Notes: generated from the sequence alone by a model not told the origin. A stretch of DNA of 64,000 nt from Elusimicrobiota bacterium (GCA_043811535.1 JBDRNC010000004.1:32001-96000); one strand, 5' to 3'; numbered from the stretch's first letter, positions 10,059-19,611 are shown. Program-made: numbers and translations.

Positions 10059-11822
10059 TTAATTGCTCTTATCCCGTTTTACCCTTTTTAATGCCTTTAC
10101 TGCCGGCGCGTATTTCGGATTTAAGCTCCTGCATTCTTCCCAATAGTTTTGCGCGCTGTCTATTTTCCCGTTCGAATATTCTATAACCCCTTTATTGAAC
10201 AGGTCATTGCAGCGTATATCAACATATTCGTCCATATACGTTTTTATTGCGCTGTTATCACTGTCCAACTCTATCCCGCGGCGCCACATCCGGCTCGCCT
10301 CTTTTAGATCTTCGCCGGCCGCGAAGGTATCGTATCCGCTTCGAGAATATGCGTCTGAACAATACTTCCTTGTTTTTGATTTGTATTTTCCGTCACCTGT
10401 TGCAAGATATTTCTCAAAACTGTCAATGGCTTTTTTAATATCCCCGCGCAGATAGTTCTGCAGCCCGTCCTGGTAAAGGGCCCATGCCATTTCTTTTGCT
10501 TTTCCGGCTTCAGCTTCGGCTTTAAGCTTATCCAACTCTTCTTGCGATATTTTAACTTGTTGTTCTTCGTTTTTCAATTCTTCAAGCATTCTTTTTGCTT
10601 CTACTTTTATATATACCGCCTTATATTTCATATACGCCTGGTTCATGAAACCTAAAGCCGAGTCATATACCCCTTTTTTCGCAGCGTCTTCCGCCATATT
10701 CTTATATGCATCAATTTCCTTTACTTCCGGTTCTGTCACGCCCTGGGTAAATATCGCCTTGTCACGCTCTTCCACCGCATCCTTTGCCCTGAGTTCATAT
10801 CTTATCCTGTTTTCTTGTGAAATGTCCTGCCGGTCTTTGTCCAACGCTTCCAAGAACTCAATCTTCGCGTATCGGTTGACCCTGGCGCCCATTTTCGGGC
10901 TAAACTGGTATTTGAGCTCCATCGCTTGGGTATCGCCTATAAGCGTTGAAGGCCGCCAGACAAGGTTAATTCCCATGTTTTCCCACATAATACCCATGCC
11001 AGCCGTGATACCCGCCTCTGGACCCAAATCCTTGCGCTCCGTAGTGTATCCTGCGCGTATTACACCCCACATCTGCTGCCCGATGTCTATCCTGTACTCG
11101 CCGCCTCCGGCATAGAAACTGCGGCTCCCGGGGCCGGACTCCGCGCTTAGTCCAATCAGCAGCCGTTCTTCGGACATAAACCAGCGTGATATCCCATAAG
11201 CTAACGTAACCGGAGTATCCTCTTCGTTAATAAACTTCGGTTTTGTTCCTATATTGCGTACAGCGATTCCAAACCGCGACTTGTCATTGTTTTCAATCCG
11301 GAACATCAGCCCAAAATCCGAAAGAAAATTCATTGACGTTTCGCTTTCGATCTTTTCGCTTATTATTCGAGCGGTAACCCCTACGCCCGTTATACGGTAT
11401 TTTTCTAACTCTTCAAACCTTTTGGCCAGTGTAACGCCAAAAGCAACTGTACTATCGTTATACTTCACGCCTACAATGTTTCCCTGGTTATCTACGGAAT
11501 CAATGTCCCCTGACTGAAAAGCGTTCAGATTCATGCCCAGTACCGTATTTTTCGACAGTCTGTAGGACATTAATGCCTGCTGGAACCCTATTCCTTCCGG
11601 ATATCCGGTATAATTGACCGATACCGACTTGCCAAGCGCGCCAATCATTGATGCCGGGTTTATTTCCGCTTCCGCCTCGCCGCCTTCAACGCCGGCAACT
11701 GCGTTGGCCATCCCCAGCGTTCCGGGGTTATTCTTGATTTTCATTAACATGTTCCCGTAGGATCCAAAACATACACTTGAAAACAAAAACATAATACTCA
11801 TAATAGCATTAATTTTTTTCAT
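10059..11822 (-). CDS. PorV/PorQ-like outer-membrane beta-barrel fused to coiled-coil and TPR repeats
   Basis: Signal peptide, LGMANAVAG..INPAS motif, amphipathic strands up to MELKYQF, then helical TPR region (GDIKKAIDSFEKYL, AQNYWEECRSLNP). Confidence 0.75.
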   Translation of the reverse strand: MKKINAIMSIMFLFSSVCFGSYGNMLMKIKNNPGTLGMANAVAGVEGGEAEAEINPASMIGALGKSVSVNYTGYPEGIGFQQALMSYRLSKNTVLGMNLNAFQSGDIDSVDNQGNIVGVKYNDSTVAFGVTLAKRFEELEKYRITGVGVTARIISEKIESETSMNFLSDFGLMFRIENNDKSRFGIAVRNIGTKPKFINEEDTPVTLAYGISRWFMSEERLLIGLSAESGPGSRSFYAGGGEYRIDIGQQMWGVIRAGYTTERKDLGPEAGITAGMGIMWENMGINLVWRPSTLIGDTQAMELKYQFSPKMGARVNRYAKIEFLEALDKDRQDISQENRIRYELRAKDAVEERDKAIFTQGVTEPEVKEIDAYKNMAEDAAKKGVYDSALGFMNQAYMKYKAVYIKVEAKRMLEELKNEEQQVKISQEELDKLKAEAEAGKAKEMAWALYQDGLQNYLRGDIKKAIDSFEKYLATGDGKYKSKTRKYCSDAYSRSGYDTFAAGEDLKEASRMWRRGIELDSDNSAIKTYMDEYVDIRCNDLFNKGVIEYSNGKIDSAQNYWEECRSLNPKYAPAVKALKRVKRDKSN

Positions 11823-11833
11823 TTATCCCTCCG

Positions 11834-14800
11834 TTACCGCGCTATAGAAACCTTTCCTTTTTTCTTTTCACCGTTGTCGTTGGTGACAACGTATATGTAC
11901 AACCCGCTGCCGGCATTCTCCCCGCAGTCGCTTCGGCCGTCCCATACGTACCGGCCGTTATATGACCCGTCTATTGTTTTATCCAGCCACATCTGGCCTG
12001 ACAGGTCAAAGAGGCGGATCCTGCAATCTTTCGTCAGGTTATCGAATATCATATTATTTCCGGAGAATATCCCTGATGTTCCCGGTTTCCATGGGTTCGG
12101 GTATACTATCAGCGAGTCCAGTGTTGAAGCGTATTTTATTCCGCCTATCCCGTATACGCTGAATGATTTCGTCTTTATTTTTACCTTCTTGCTTGTCTTG
12201 TCTATCTCTATGTCATTCTTATCAAGCTCCGTCCACACCCCGTCTTTGTATTTATATCCCGTAAGCCTTTTAACGGGGATATTGCTACGGTCCTCTATAC
12301 CGTCGTTATCTGTGTCCTTGTATGGTATTTCTATTGTGACCTCTTTACTAAACTCTTCGTCTACGAGTTCGCCCGTAGACGATTTGTACAGTTTTACGCT
12401 TACTATCCCGTTTTCCAGTATCTCGCCGTTATTTGACGGCAGTGCCATGGTTTCGACGTTTGCCGGCGCTCTGCCTGACTGCGCTTCATAATAGTAGTTT
12501 TCGCCAAGGATGTTCGCGGGTATTACTATCGTTATTATCCCGTCTTCTATCGTTATATTTATTATGTTCTCAAGATACACCAGGGCAAGCATCAGCGGCT
12601 TTGTCACCACTTTTAATATATTCGAATACAGGTCGTCTTGCGCTCCCATGTCGTTGTATGCCGCTACCCGGTAATAGTACGTTGTTCCCGGCCCGACACC
12701 CGTATCCTTGTATGTGTTACTTGACAGGCAGGTATCCCAAATCACAATATTTGTCCAGTCTATCTGGTTACGTGATCGCTCTATCTTATACCGCACCGCG
12801 CCTGCAGTATACTGTAAATCCACTGATGTCGGCCCAGGCGGCGTCGCCGTTGCTACTGTTATTTCCATATTAGAGTATGTTTTTGATGCCTCTGAAGTGC
12901 CGCCGTATATGCCTATGTCTATCCTGCTTCCGTTTGGCGACGATTCCGCTCCCACGTTGTCCGTCGCGTCGCCTTTATCTATGCACGGGCTGTGCACGAT
13001 ATCTCGTACCCAGCTGGATCCGTCCCAACGCCCTGTCTTTGATTTCAGGTGATAGTCATGGTTGCCTACATCATAGAAACATGGGTCTAATGCCACGTCG
13101 GTTGAAGTCGATATATTAATACCTACCACTGTCGCGTTATAAAAACAGTTATACTTTATATCATAATCATTTGCAGAAGTACCTTCCGACAGGATCATCG
13201 CATTACCGTTCCTGAATATGTTGTTCTTAACAGTTACTTTATTTGCCGTAATACCTCCCGCGCTGTTTCTTAAGATAAGCCCCATTGTGGAAGGGTTGTC
13301 AAACAAGTTGTTTTCTATTATTGTATCGTAATGAATGGACGACGTCGCTCCCATATCCATTACAACCCCGTATTGCGACCCGTAAGATGTTATTCTCCGT
13401 ATCTCTATTCCCGTGCTCCCAGTGCTTATCCTTATACCTGTACCCATCGGGGTATTAAACACAAGGTCAGATACCACCACAGAACTCATTTTAATATAAA
13501 ACGCGTTATCAGATGAATTTACTTTTGAATTCTGTCTGTCCGTCCCGATAAAAGCGGTTTTCCTGTCGATAATACCTACAATAGGATTACCGAGATTTTG
13601 AATTGTTATTGAACCGTTATAGTTTCCCGCCTTTACATATATCCAATCTCCGGTAAGGATAGTTGATACTGCTTTATTGAGTGTCAACCACGGAGCCGTT
13701 TCTGACCCCTCTGCAGAGTCGCTACCAATCGTTTCATCAACATAAAACCCTTCACTTGTTGATCCTGAATACGTATTTGCGCGCGGCGATACAGAGTCTA
13801 TAGCAGATACTGCCCCGTATTCTTCAATAGACTTAATCGCAAAGTTGTAAAGCGTATTATTTGACAGACCGCTTACAATTAGCGATTCTGTGTTCCCTGC
13901 CGCAGCGGGCGCGTTTGTAGGTATTGTAGTTGCAGCGTTAAACTCAGCTTCCGTATTTATAGCCGTCAGACCATATTTCAATACATAAGACGTAGCTGTG
14001 CCGGTATATTCATCGTTCCCGGGCGCTGTCCATGTAAGTTTGATCCACCCCGGCCTCATGTACTTCGTTGCCGCAAGGTTTGTTATTGATCCAGGCGACT
14101 TTGTTAATGTTTTTGTGTATCCAAGGTATGTCCAATCGCTTGATATGTTCTCATGGTTGACAGTTTTCACCTGACACCAGTGCGACGTATCAGGCAATAA
14201 AGCTGAATAAATAACAGATATGTTTACTGTCTGGCTCGACACCGTCGTCCCGGTAAAACCGCTCCATGTAGCCTTTTGTACTACATACACCGTTCCGCCG
14301 GCATTGCCGTTATCCGTCCAGTTAGCCGTCAACTCAAGTTTTCCAACACCTGTATATGCCGCAGATACCGGACATGTAGAAAGAGTCACCTTACTTCCAA
14401 ACGACACCCAGTTTACGTTTTCTTGGCCGTTTATAGAACCTACTCTGTACCAGTATGTTGTGTTGGTTGATAACTCCGTATACTCAGCACTTGTCAGATA
14501 GGTATCTGAAGAAACTACCGTTCCAGTAAAACCGTTCCACGTTGACTTGTTCACTCGGTAAACCGTCACACCGTCCGTATTCCCATTATGCGTCCAATTG
14601 ACCTGCGTTTTGTCATTACTTACTCCTGAATACGCAGCCACAGCCGGAGGATATGTATAAGTCATAATCGACATCACCGGACAAGCATTTGTCGGTACAG
14701 ACCCTCCGTTGACAGCATAAATGCTTACCCAGTATGTTGTGTTAGCCGTAAGACCGCTAACACTCCCCGAATTAGTGGTTACTGTAGAAGTAAGCAACGC

Positions 14801-16234
14801 AGACGCATCGGTCACCTCCGCTGTCGCAACCTGTATTATAAATTTTGTTCCTATAGTGTTGCCGTTCATTCCCCACGTGGCACCAATTTGATAAGTTGTA
14901 GGCACTGTCAAAGATAGGTTTATCGGTGGGTTTGCTAATGTATAAGCAGACAACGTTATTGTGTTGGATGTACCCCCTAAGTTAAACGACTGTATATACC
15001 TTGAATAATTATTATTAGTTTGCAGTGGACATGTTGAACCCTCAACAAAATAAGTAGTGTCAACGGCCAACGTGCTAATTACCCACCCCGTAGAGCTAAC
15101 AACCCTATACCCTGCTTCCCCAGCTACATCTGTCCAGTTCCATTGTATCGTCGAAGTAGTTATGTTACTTATATACGCATCTCCCGCTAAGTTCGGGACT
15201 GGATAATGATATATATACAATAAATCATTATTAACGCTATCTTTACAAGTAATAGCTGTATTTCCGTTTTTATCAATTCCAATACCTATTCGTACATTAG
15301 CTACCGAACTTCTAGCTATTTCATTCGTCCACGCGCCACCTTCATATTTGCATGCCACTAAATCACCAGATGAATTCGTAAATATTACATAAACCACGCC
15401 GTTATTACATATTGACTCGAGAGAATCACATGTATTGTTTGTATATATCTTAACCGGCGTAGTCCATCCCGTCCCGGTATAACTTGTGATGTATACTCCA
15501 TCATTGGTACGGCTATATGATACCCACGGATAATCGGCCGCATCATACGCTAATGCAGATGAGAGGACGTTGTTTCCTACGCTGGAAAGACTTGCCGATT
15601 GCGAACGCCATATTCCGCTTGGATTTGCAGATGAATAGTATACTGTATTTGCCGTATTCTTACAAAAAGTTGCTCCTATTACATTGCTATTGTTTTTTTT
15701 CATTCTAATACTTTTGCCGTCATGAGCATAAACATTGTCTAATCTGACCGAAGTCCAGGTACCACCGACCAACTTACACCCATATACATATTCGGAACTG
15801 TCTATATACGTCACAATTGGACAATTGTCTGTAGACACCACAACAGCTCTGTCATAAGATGTGTTTGCCGCATTAACAACACTTAAGGACCATCCAGTAG
15901 GCGTAGATGATGTATATTCAACGCCTCCAGGCCCCTTATACACTATATGCGAAACCTTTGTATTTGTATCAACATATAAACATGAATATGCGCCAGCATC
16001 TCCGGTGATCTTAATAGAACTTATCGACCATTCCGTCCCAGTATAAGAAGCATACTTCAAATCGAAATTGCCGGCATCATAATACGAAATACACGGATTA
16101 CCATCCCAGTCATACGCCAATGAGGAATACCCACCTACATTGTCAACACTGTCTACAGTTTGTGCCACCCATGCCGCATATGCTATCTGGCATACGAACA
16201 TCATACTCATAATAGCAAACATAAATCTTTTCAT
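11834..16234 (-). CDS. Large secreted modular protein (propeller-like N-terminus, Fn3-like repeats, beta-helix, T9SS/FlgD-like C-terminal domain)
   Basis: Signal peptide; YSSLAYDWDGNPCISYYD repeats; T/W-rich Fn3 repeats; DYHLKSKTGRW..SPCIDKGD..RIDIGIYGGT; C-terminal VYPNPW...IRLFDLSG...WDGR..SGLYIYVV..KKGKVSIAR. Confidence 0.8.
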   Translation of the reverse strand: MKRFMFAIMSMMFVCQIAYAAWVAQTVDSVDNVGGYSSLAYDWDGNPCISYYDAGNFDLKYASYTGTEWSISSIKITGDAGAYSCLYVDTNTKVSHIVYKGPGGVEYTSSTPTGWSLSVVNAANTSYDRAVVVSTDNCPIVTYIDSSEYVYGCKLVGGTWTSVRLDNVYAHDGKSIRMKKNNSNVIGATFCKNTANTVYYSSANPSGIWRSQSASLSSVGNNVLSSALAYDAADYPWVSYSRTNDGVYITSYTGTGWTTPVKIYTNNTCDSLESICNNGVVYVIFTNSSGDLVACKYEGGAWTNEIARSSVANVRIGIGIDKNGNTAITCKDSVNNDLLYIYHYPVPNLAGDAYISNITTSTIQWNWTDVAGEAGYRVVSSTGWVISTLAVDTTYFVEGSTCPLQTNNNYSRYIQSFNLGGTSNTITLSAYTLANPPINLSLTVPTTYQIGATWGMNGNTIGTKFIIQVATAEVTDASALLTSTVTTNSGSVSGLTANTTYWVSIYAVNGGSVPTNACPVMSIMTYTYPPAVAAYSGVSNDKTQVNWTHNGNTDGVTVYRVNKSTWNGFTGTVVSSDTYLTSAEYTELSTNTTYWYRVGSINGQENVNWVSFGSKVTLSTCPVSAAYTGVGKLELTANWTDNGNAGGTVYVVQKATWSGFTGTTVSSQTVNISVIYSALLPDTSHWCQVKTVNHENISSDWTYLGYTKTLTKSPGSITNLAATKYMRPGWIKLTWTAPGNDEYTGTATSYVLKYGLTAINTEAEFNAATTIPTNAPAAAGNTESLIVSGLSNNTLYNFAIKSIEEYGAVSAIDSVSPRANTYSGSTSEGFYVDETIGSDSAEGSETAPWLTLNKAVSTILTGDWIYVKAGNYNGSITIQNLGNPIVGIIDRKTAFIGTDRQNSKVNSSDNAFYIKMSSVVVSDLVFNTPMGTGIRISTGSTGIEIRRITSYGSQYGVVMDMGATSSIHYDTIIENNLFDNPSTMGLILRNSAGGITANKVTVKNNIFRNGNAMILSEGTSANDYDIKYNCFYNATVVGINISTSTDVALDPCFYDVGNHDYHLKSKTGRWDGSSWVRDIVHSPCIDKGDATDNVGAESSPNGSRIDIGIYGGTSEASKTYSNMEITVATATPPGPTSVDLQYTAGAVRYKIERSRNQIDWTNIVIWDTCLSSNTYKDTGVGPGTTYYYRVAAYNDMGAQDDLYSNILKVVTKPLMLALVYLENIINITIEDGIITIVIPANILGENYYYEAQSGRAPANVETMALPSNNGEILENGIVSVKLYKSSTGELVDEEFSKEVTIEIPYKDTDNDGIEDRSNIPVKRLTGYKYKDGVWTELDKNDIEIDKTSKKVKIKTKSFSVYGIGGIKYASTLDSLIVYPNPWKPGTSGIFSGNNMIFDNLTKDCRIRLFDLSGQMWLDKTIDGSYNGRYVWDGRSDCGENAGSGLYIYVVTNDNGEKKKGKVSIAR

Positions 16235-16776
16235 TGTTTCCTCCCATAATTATTATTTTCTATTTTGTTATTTTTCCCGTTATCAAATATATTATTCATC
16301 TCTCTTTCTAGAACGGATATATTCCCCTTTGCAATATTTGAAGATGGATCTATTTTAAGTGCATTTCTAAAACAACTCAAGGCATTTTCGTATTTTCATT
16401 GCCTTGCGTACAATACTCCTAAATTAATATATGCTTTAACATATTTTTTATTAATATTTAAGGCAATTAGAAACTCCTTTTCACTCTTAGAGTATTCTTT
16501 TCTTTCTTCATATACTAGCGCCAAGTCATTATGCGCGTTTATATCATTGTTATTGAGTCTTATAGCCTTATTAAGCAGTATCTCCGCTTGGTCATACAAC
16601 CTCATGGTTGAACATAAACTTCCGTATTTCCCGTAATACCGGTCACTTAAAATCCCCTTATTCTCTTTTTCTATCATTTTATATATGGCATACGCTTTAT
16701 CCAAATTACCCAGATTTTCTTCTACTAATGCCAATTCTATCGCCATGCCTGGCAGCACATGATCTAGTGTCCGCAA
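16231..16776 (-). pseudogene. TPR protein remnant with an internal nonsense codon
   Basis: The frame continues past TGA (16396-16398): YINLGVLYARQ*KYENALSCFRNALKIDPSS.. to a TGA overlapping the ATG at 16234; no convincing 5' end. Confidence 0.75.
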
Positions 16777-16864
16777 ATAATTTAATTGTTTTTGAAGCTA
16801 CGTAGCTGATATTCGCCGCTTCGTTATAGGCGGGTATTATGAGTGATATTTTCAGATTATTCAT
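16706..16864 (-). pseudogene. Glycosyltransferase family 2 N-terminal remnant
   Basis: MNNLKISLIIPAYNEAANI is a typical GT2 start; the frame stops after 52 codons inside the TPR remnant. Confidence 0.7.
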
Positions 16865-16917
16865 CTTTCTTCTTATCCCTTAACCCCCAAATATTGTAGC
16901 ATTGTTTTTGAGTAATT

Positions 16918-17151
16918 TCATCTATTCTTATTCATTCTTGCAAGTTTTATGAGTTTGGGATATTTGAACTTTTCGATATAGCAGAAATATCTGAAATTTG
17001 AAATCTTTTCGATTAAGATCTCTCGTCCGTCCTTTTCTATAGTCGGCGTATTAAATACAAAGTAAGCCACGGCAATAGCGTCAAGTATTTCATTGCTCTT
17101 TTCCGAAAGCACTGATCTCATTCTTCTTTGGATTTTTTCTTTTGCGTTCAT
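16918..17151 (-). CDS. Hypothetical 77-aa protein
   Basis: ATG with GAGGA RBS, preceded by the conserved motif at 17161-17182. Confidence 0.5.
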   Translation of the reverse strand: MNAKEKIQRRMRSVLSEKSNEILDAIAVAYFVFNTPTIEKDGREILIEKISNFRYFCYIEKFKYPKLIKLARMNKNR

Positions 17152-17160
17152 TCTGTTTCC

Positions 17161-17182
17161 TCACTTACAATATACCAATCCG
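17161..17182 (-). promoter_or_regulatory. Conserved upstream motif CGGATTGGTATATTGTAAGTGA (copy 2)
   Basis: 21/22 identical to 5128-5149. Confidence 0.55.
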
Positions 17183-17259
17183 ATTCTTTTATTTGTTTTG
17201 TAATAATGAAATATCTATCGCATAGTACGGTCTTGCACAACCCAACCGACTAATTGACC

Positions 17260-17285
17260 TGCTTTACCGACTGAGCTACTGACCC
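17260..17285 (-). pseudogene. tRNA 5' fragment (Lys-like acceptor strand + D-arm)
   Basis: GGGTCAGTAGCTCAGTCGGTAAAGCA, 23/26 identical to the 5' halves at 18466 and 18775; no anticodon or T arm follows. Confidence 0.6.
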
Positions 17286-17356
17286 GTTGTCTTTTGATGA
17301 TTTTTCCCATATTCAATTGGCCGACCATACACCTCTACAAATACAATTCTTACAAG

Positions 17357-17395
17357 AAAAAGCCGCTATTCGAGGCATCAAGAATAGCGGTTTTT
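17357..17395 (-). terminator. Hairpin terminator, possibly bidirectional
   Basis: AAAAAGCCGCTATT...AATAGCGGTTTTT. Confidence 0.5.
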
Positions 17396-17584
17396 CGGCA
17401 CATTTTTACCTGTGTAAAGCGGACGACTTTTTGAGTTTTTAAAGGGTTGGGGGAGACACTTCCGTCGGTAATCTGGGCTGGTGTGCTTTACTTGAAAATA
17501 GTATAGTCACAAATCCGTCACAATCCGAAAAGATGATAAGAAATTGCTGCGTTTTTCTATATTAAAAAAGCATTGAATATTCAA

Positions 17585-17646
17585 CGGAAGGGGCGAGATT
17601 TGAACTCGCGATACCCCAAAGGAGTATACCGGTTTTCGAAATCGGC
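17585..17646 (-). pseudogene. tRNA-Ser(CGA) 3' half, att-like remnant
   Basis: CCGAT-TTCGAAA-ACCGG anticodon arm, long variable arm, CGCGAGTTCAAATCTCGC T-arm, CCCTTCCG; 5' acceptor strand and D-arm are absent. Confidence 0.75.
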
Positions 17647-18426
17647 TTTTGTGATCGTGTTAATTTTACTATTAACGTAAGCAAAAAACAAGCAAGTAAA
17701 TAATTATTAAGATCGCATTGATGACGGAATTCCATATAAACTCTACTTCACTCTCTATCTCTGTTTATTCGCCTTCATAAACTGCCTCCAAATCCTCGCT
17801 CCATGAGCCATTGATTTCCTTTCTTCTTTTATCCTAATATATTCCGTATCCGATTTTTGCAGCCGCTTCATTTTCATTTTGTCTGATTTCTTCCTTATTG
17901 TTATCTTCATTAACTGTTTTCCCCTTGCGATAGACTAATTTGAGTTTGCGATATTGCCTTGGCCATATATACCCTCTATTTTGCTTAATTGAATTTATTC
18001 TTTGGCTGTTATTCTATCAAATACATCTCAACCAATACAGACGTTTTGGAAAACTTTTTTCTACCTTATCTCCGGTACAATTTCCAAGCGGAGCACACCA
18101 TATTGGGTGTGTGCCTATGCAATTTGGATTTTTTAGCGTTTTGGTGGGTTCTTTTTGTAGCGGAAAATCTTGCCGGAGCGATGGCGCCAAATGAAGGGCT
18201 TTTAGGTTAAGCCGGCCAGAAAAGGTGCCGGGTAAAGAGTTCTTTTTATAGCGGAAATTCTTGTTTTTGAAACCATCACAAAATAAAAATAACGCATTGT
18301 ATTGCGTTATTTGATGTGTTATATTGCTTATTTTGGGAAGTTATTTTTAAATAAGTACGTTATATTTGAGATAGCAGCAGAAGAATAGCAGAAAAATAAT
18401 TGATTTTACCGTCTGAAAATGAGTTC

Positions 18427-18466
18427 GCTTAAAAGGCAGGTGCTCTACCGACTGAGCTACGGGCCC
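18427..18466 (-). pseudogene. tRNA-Lys(TTT) 5' half, broken just after the anticodon loop
   Basis: GGGCCCGTAGCTCAGTCGGTAGAGCACCTGCCTTTTAAGC followed by non-tRNA sequence. Confidence 0.8.
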
Positions 18467-18707
18467 AACTCGCGATAACTTGTTCAATGAACTGCCGATT
18501 ACGCTGCTTCTTTAGATAAAATTCTGTTTTATATGCTTCCGATTTATCGCTAAATTGTTTATATGCCTCTAAATTGAGTGGCAACCTGTTTTTAGTGGCT
18601 TTTGAACGTCCCTGAAAATGTCTTTCTATCCTATCCGTTAAGTTTCCCGTAACACCAACATAGAAATCATTGTCTTTCAAGCTTCTGAGAACATAAACAT
18701 AATACAT
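18429..18707 (-). CDS. GIY-YIG nuclease family protein
   Basis: YYVYVLRS...FYVGVT..LTDRIERH..G..KATK.R.P...EAYKTEFYLK; the last 12 codons and the stop lie within the tRNA-Lys half. Confidence 0.9.
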   Translation of the reverse strand: MYYVYVLRSLKDNDFYVGVTGNLTDRIERHFQGRSKATKNRLPLNLEAYKQFSDKSEAYKTEFYLKKQRNRQFIEQVIASWARSSVGRAPAF

Positions 18708-18749
18708 GCGCCCCCCACTTCAACGCACGACTCGGCCGAAAAGTCGGCC

Positions 18750-18775
18750 TGCTCTACCGACTGAGCTACGGGCCC
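18750..18775 (-). repeat. 26-bp exact copy of the tRNA-Lys 5' end upstream of the GIY-YIG gene
   Basis: GGGCCCGTAGCTCAGTCGGTAGAGCA is identical to 18441-18466 and is followed by hairpin GGCCGA-CTTT-TCGGCC. Confidence 0.85.
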
Positions 18776-18867
18776 GTCATTACGACAGTGATTAGTTATT
18801 GGTTTTTGGTTGTTAGTCCAATCACCAATTACCAATAACCAATTTTTGCCTCTATAAAACCTTTGGT

Positions 18868-18896
18868 ATTCTACTAAAAGAACACCCATTTGTCAA
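18868..18896 (-). promoter_or_regulatory. Sigma-70 promoter upstream of the tRNA-Lys/GIY-YIG unit
   Basis: TTGACA-17 bp-TAGAAT. Confidence 0.65.
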
Positions 18897-19272
18897 TCGA
18901 CGCACCTTTAATGTTCTAAATCCGTCGTCCCCGAAGGTTTGAATCGGGGATCCATGCTAAAAGGTCGTCCGCAATAGCGGATATAGTGGTATTTTGGCCT
19001 GTCGCTACAATATATTGTGCTTCTATCCCAAAAAAAATCGCTCCGTGATACCTGATGCTTGTCTTGGTATCACCAAGCGACTAACCAATTGTCTTAAATA
19101 CAGTCAGCGTCGCCTTAATTTATGTTTGTATTATACAAATTTAGGAAACTTCTTTCAAGGAAAAACAGTGTATTATGAAAAATCTTCTTATCTTAATATT
19201 TTAACTCTGGACTTGCCCCGGTTTAGTGGACACGAGAAAGGGTAAAATGTACAATAACCCTGGAGGTGTCCG

Positions 19273-19611
19273 ATGCAGAAGCGAGATCGCAAGCGTTACA
19301 GCCGTGAATTCAAGATGGAAGCCGTACGCCGAACTCAAGTAACCGGGAAAAGCGTTGCTGAAGTGGCCCGTGAACTGGAAATACCCGTCCATCATCTCTA
19401 CAAATGGCGCACTGAAGTTGACAGGAAAGAAACAGAGGCATTCCCTAACACAGGGCACAGTACGCCGAACGAAGAACTTGAAGCTCTGCGCCGAGAAAAC
19501 AAGCGTTTGCGCGAAGAACGGGACATTTTAAAAAAAAGCCTAATTTACTTTGCCAAGGACGCCTCGAAAGATATCGGTTCATCCGGGAACACGAACGGGA
19601 ATTCAGAATAG
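19273..19611 (+). CDS. IS3 transposase OrfA (HTH + leucine zipper)
   Basis: RKRYSREFKMEAV..SVAEVARELEI..LYKW..ELEALRRENKRLREERDILKK. Confidence 0.92.
   Translation: MQKRDRKRYSREFKMEAVRRTQVTGKSVAEVARELEIPVHHLYKWRTEVDRKETEAFPNTGHSTPNEELEALRRENKRLREERDILKKSLIYFAKDASKDIGSSGNTNGNSE

Noticed and set aside
16396..16398. TGA recoded as Gly (genetic code 25) or selenocysteine
   Set aside because: Many intact genes here end in TGA (e.g. 7204, 28851, 30962, 54809) and long ORFs lack internal TGA; a point mutation in a decayed gene is simpler
17700..18210. Small ORFs between the tRNA halves
   Set aside because: The minus-strand ATG at 17966 stops after 18 codons and the plus-strand ORFs have no recognisable motifs; probably decayed sequence
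17585..18466. One intron-split or trans-spliced tRNA made from the two halves
   Set aside because: The halves belong to different tRNAs (Lys-TTT 5', Ser-CGA 3'), each carries its own anticodon, the acceptor strands do not match, and no group I intron core is recognisable
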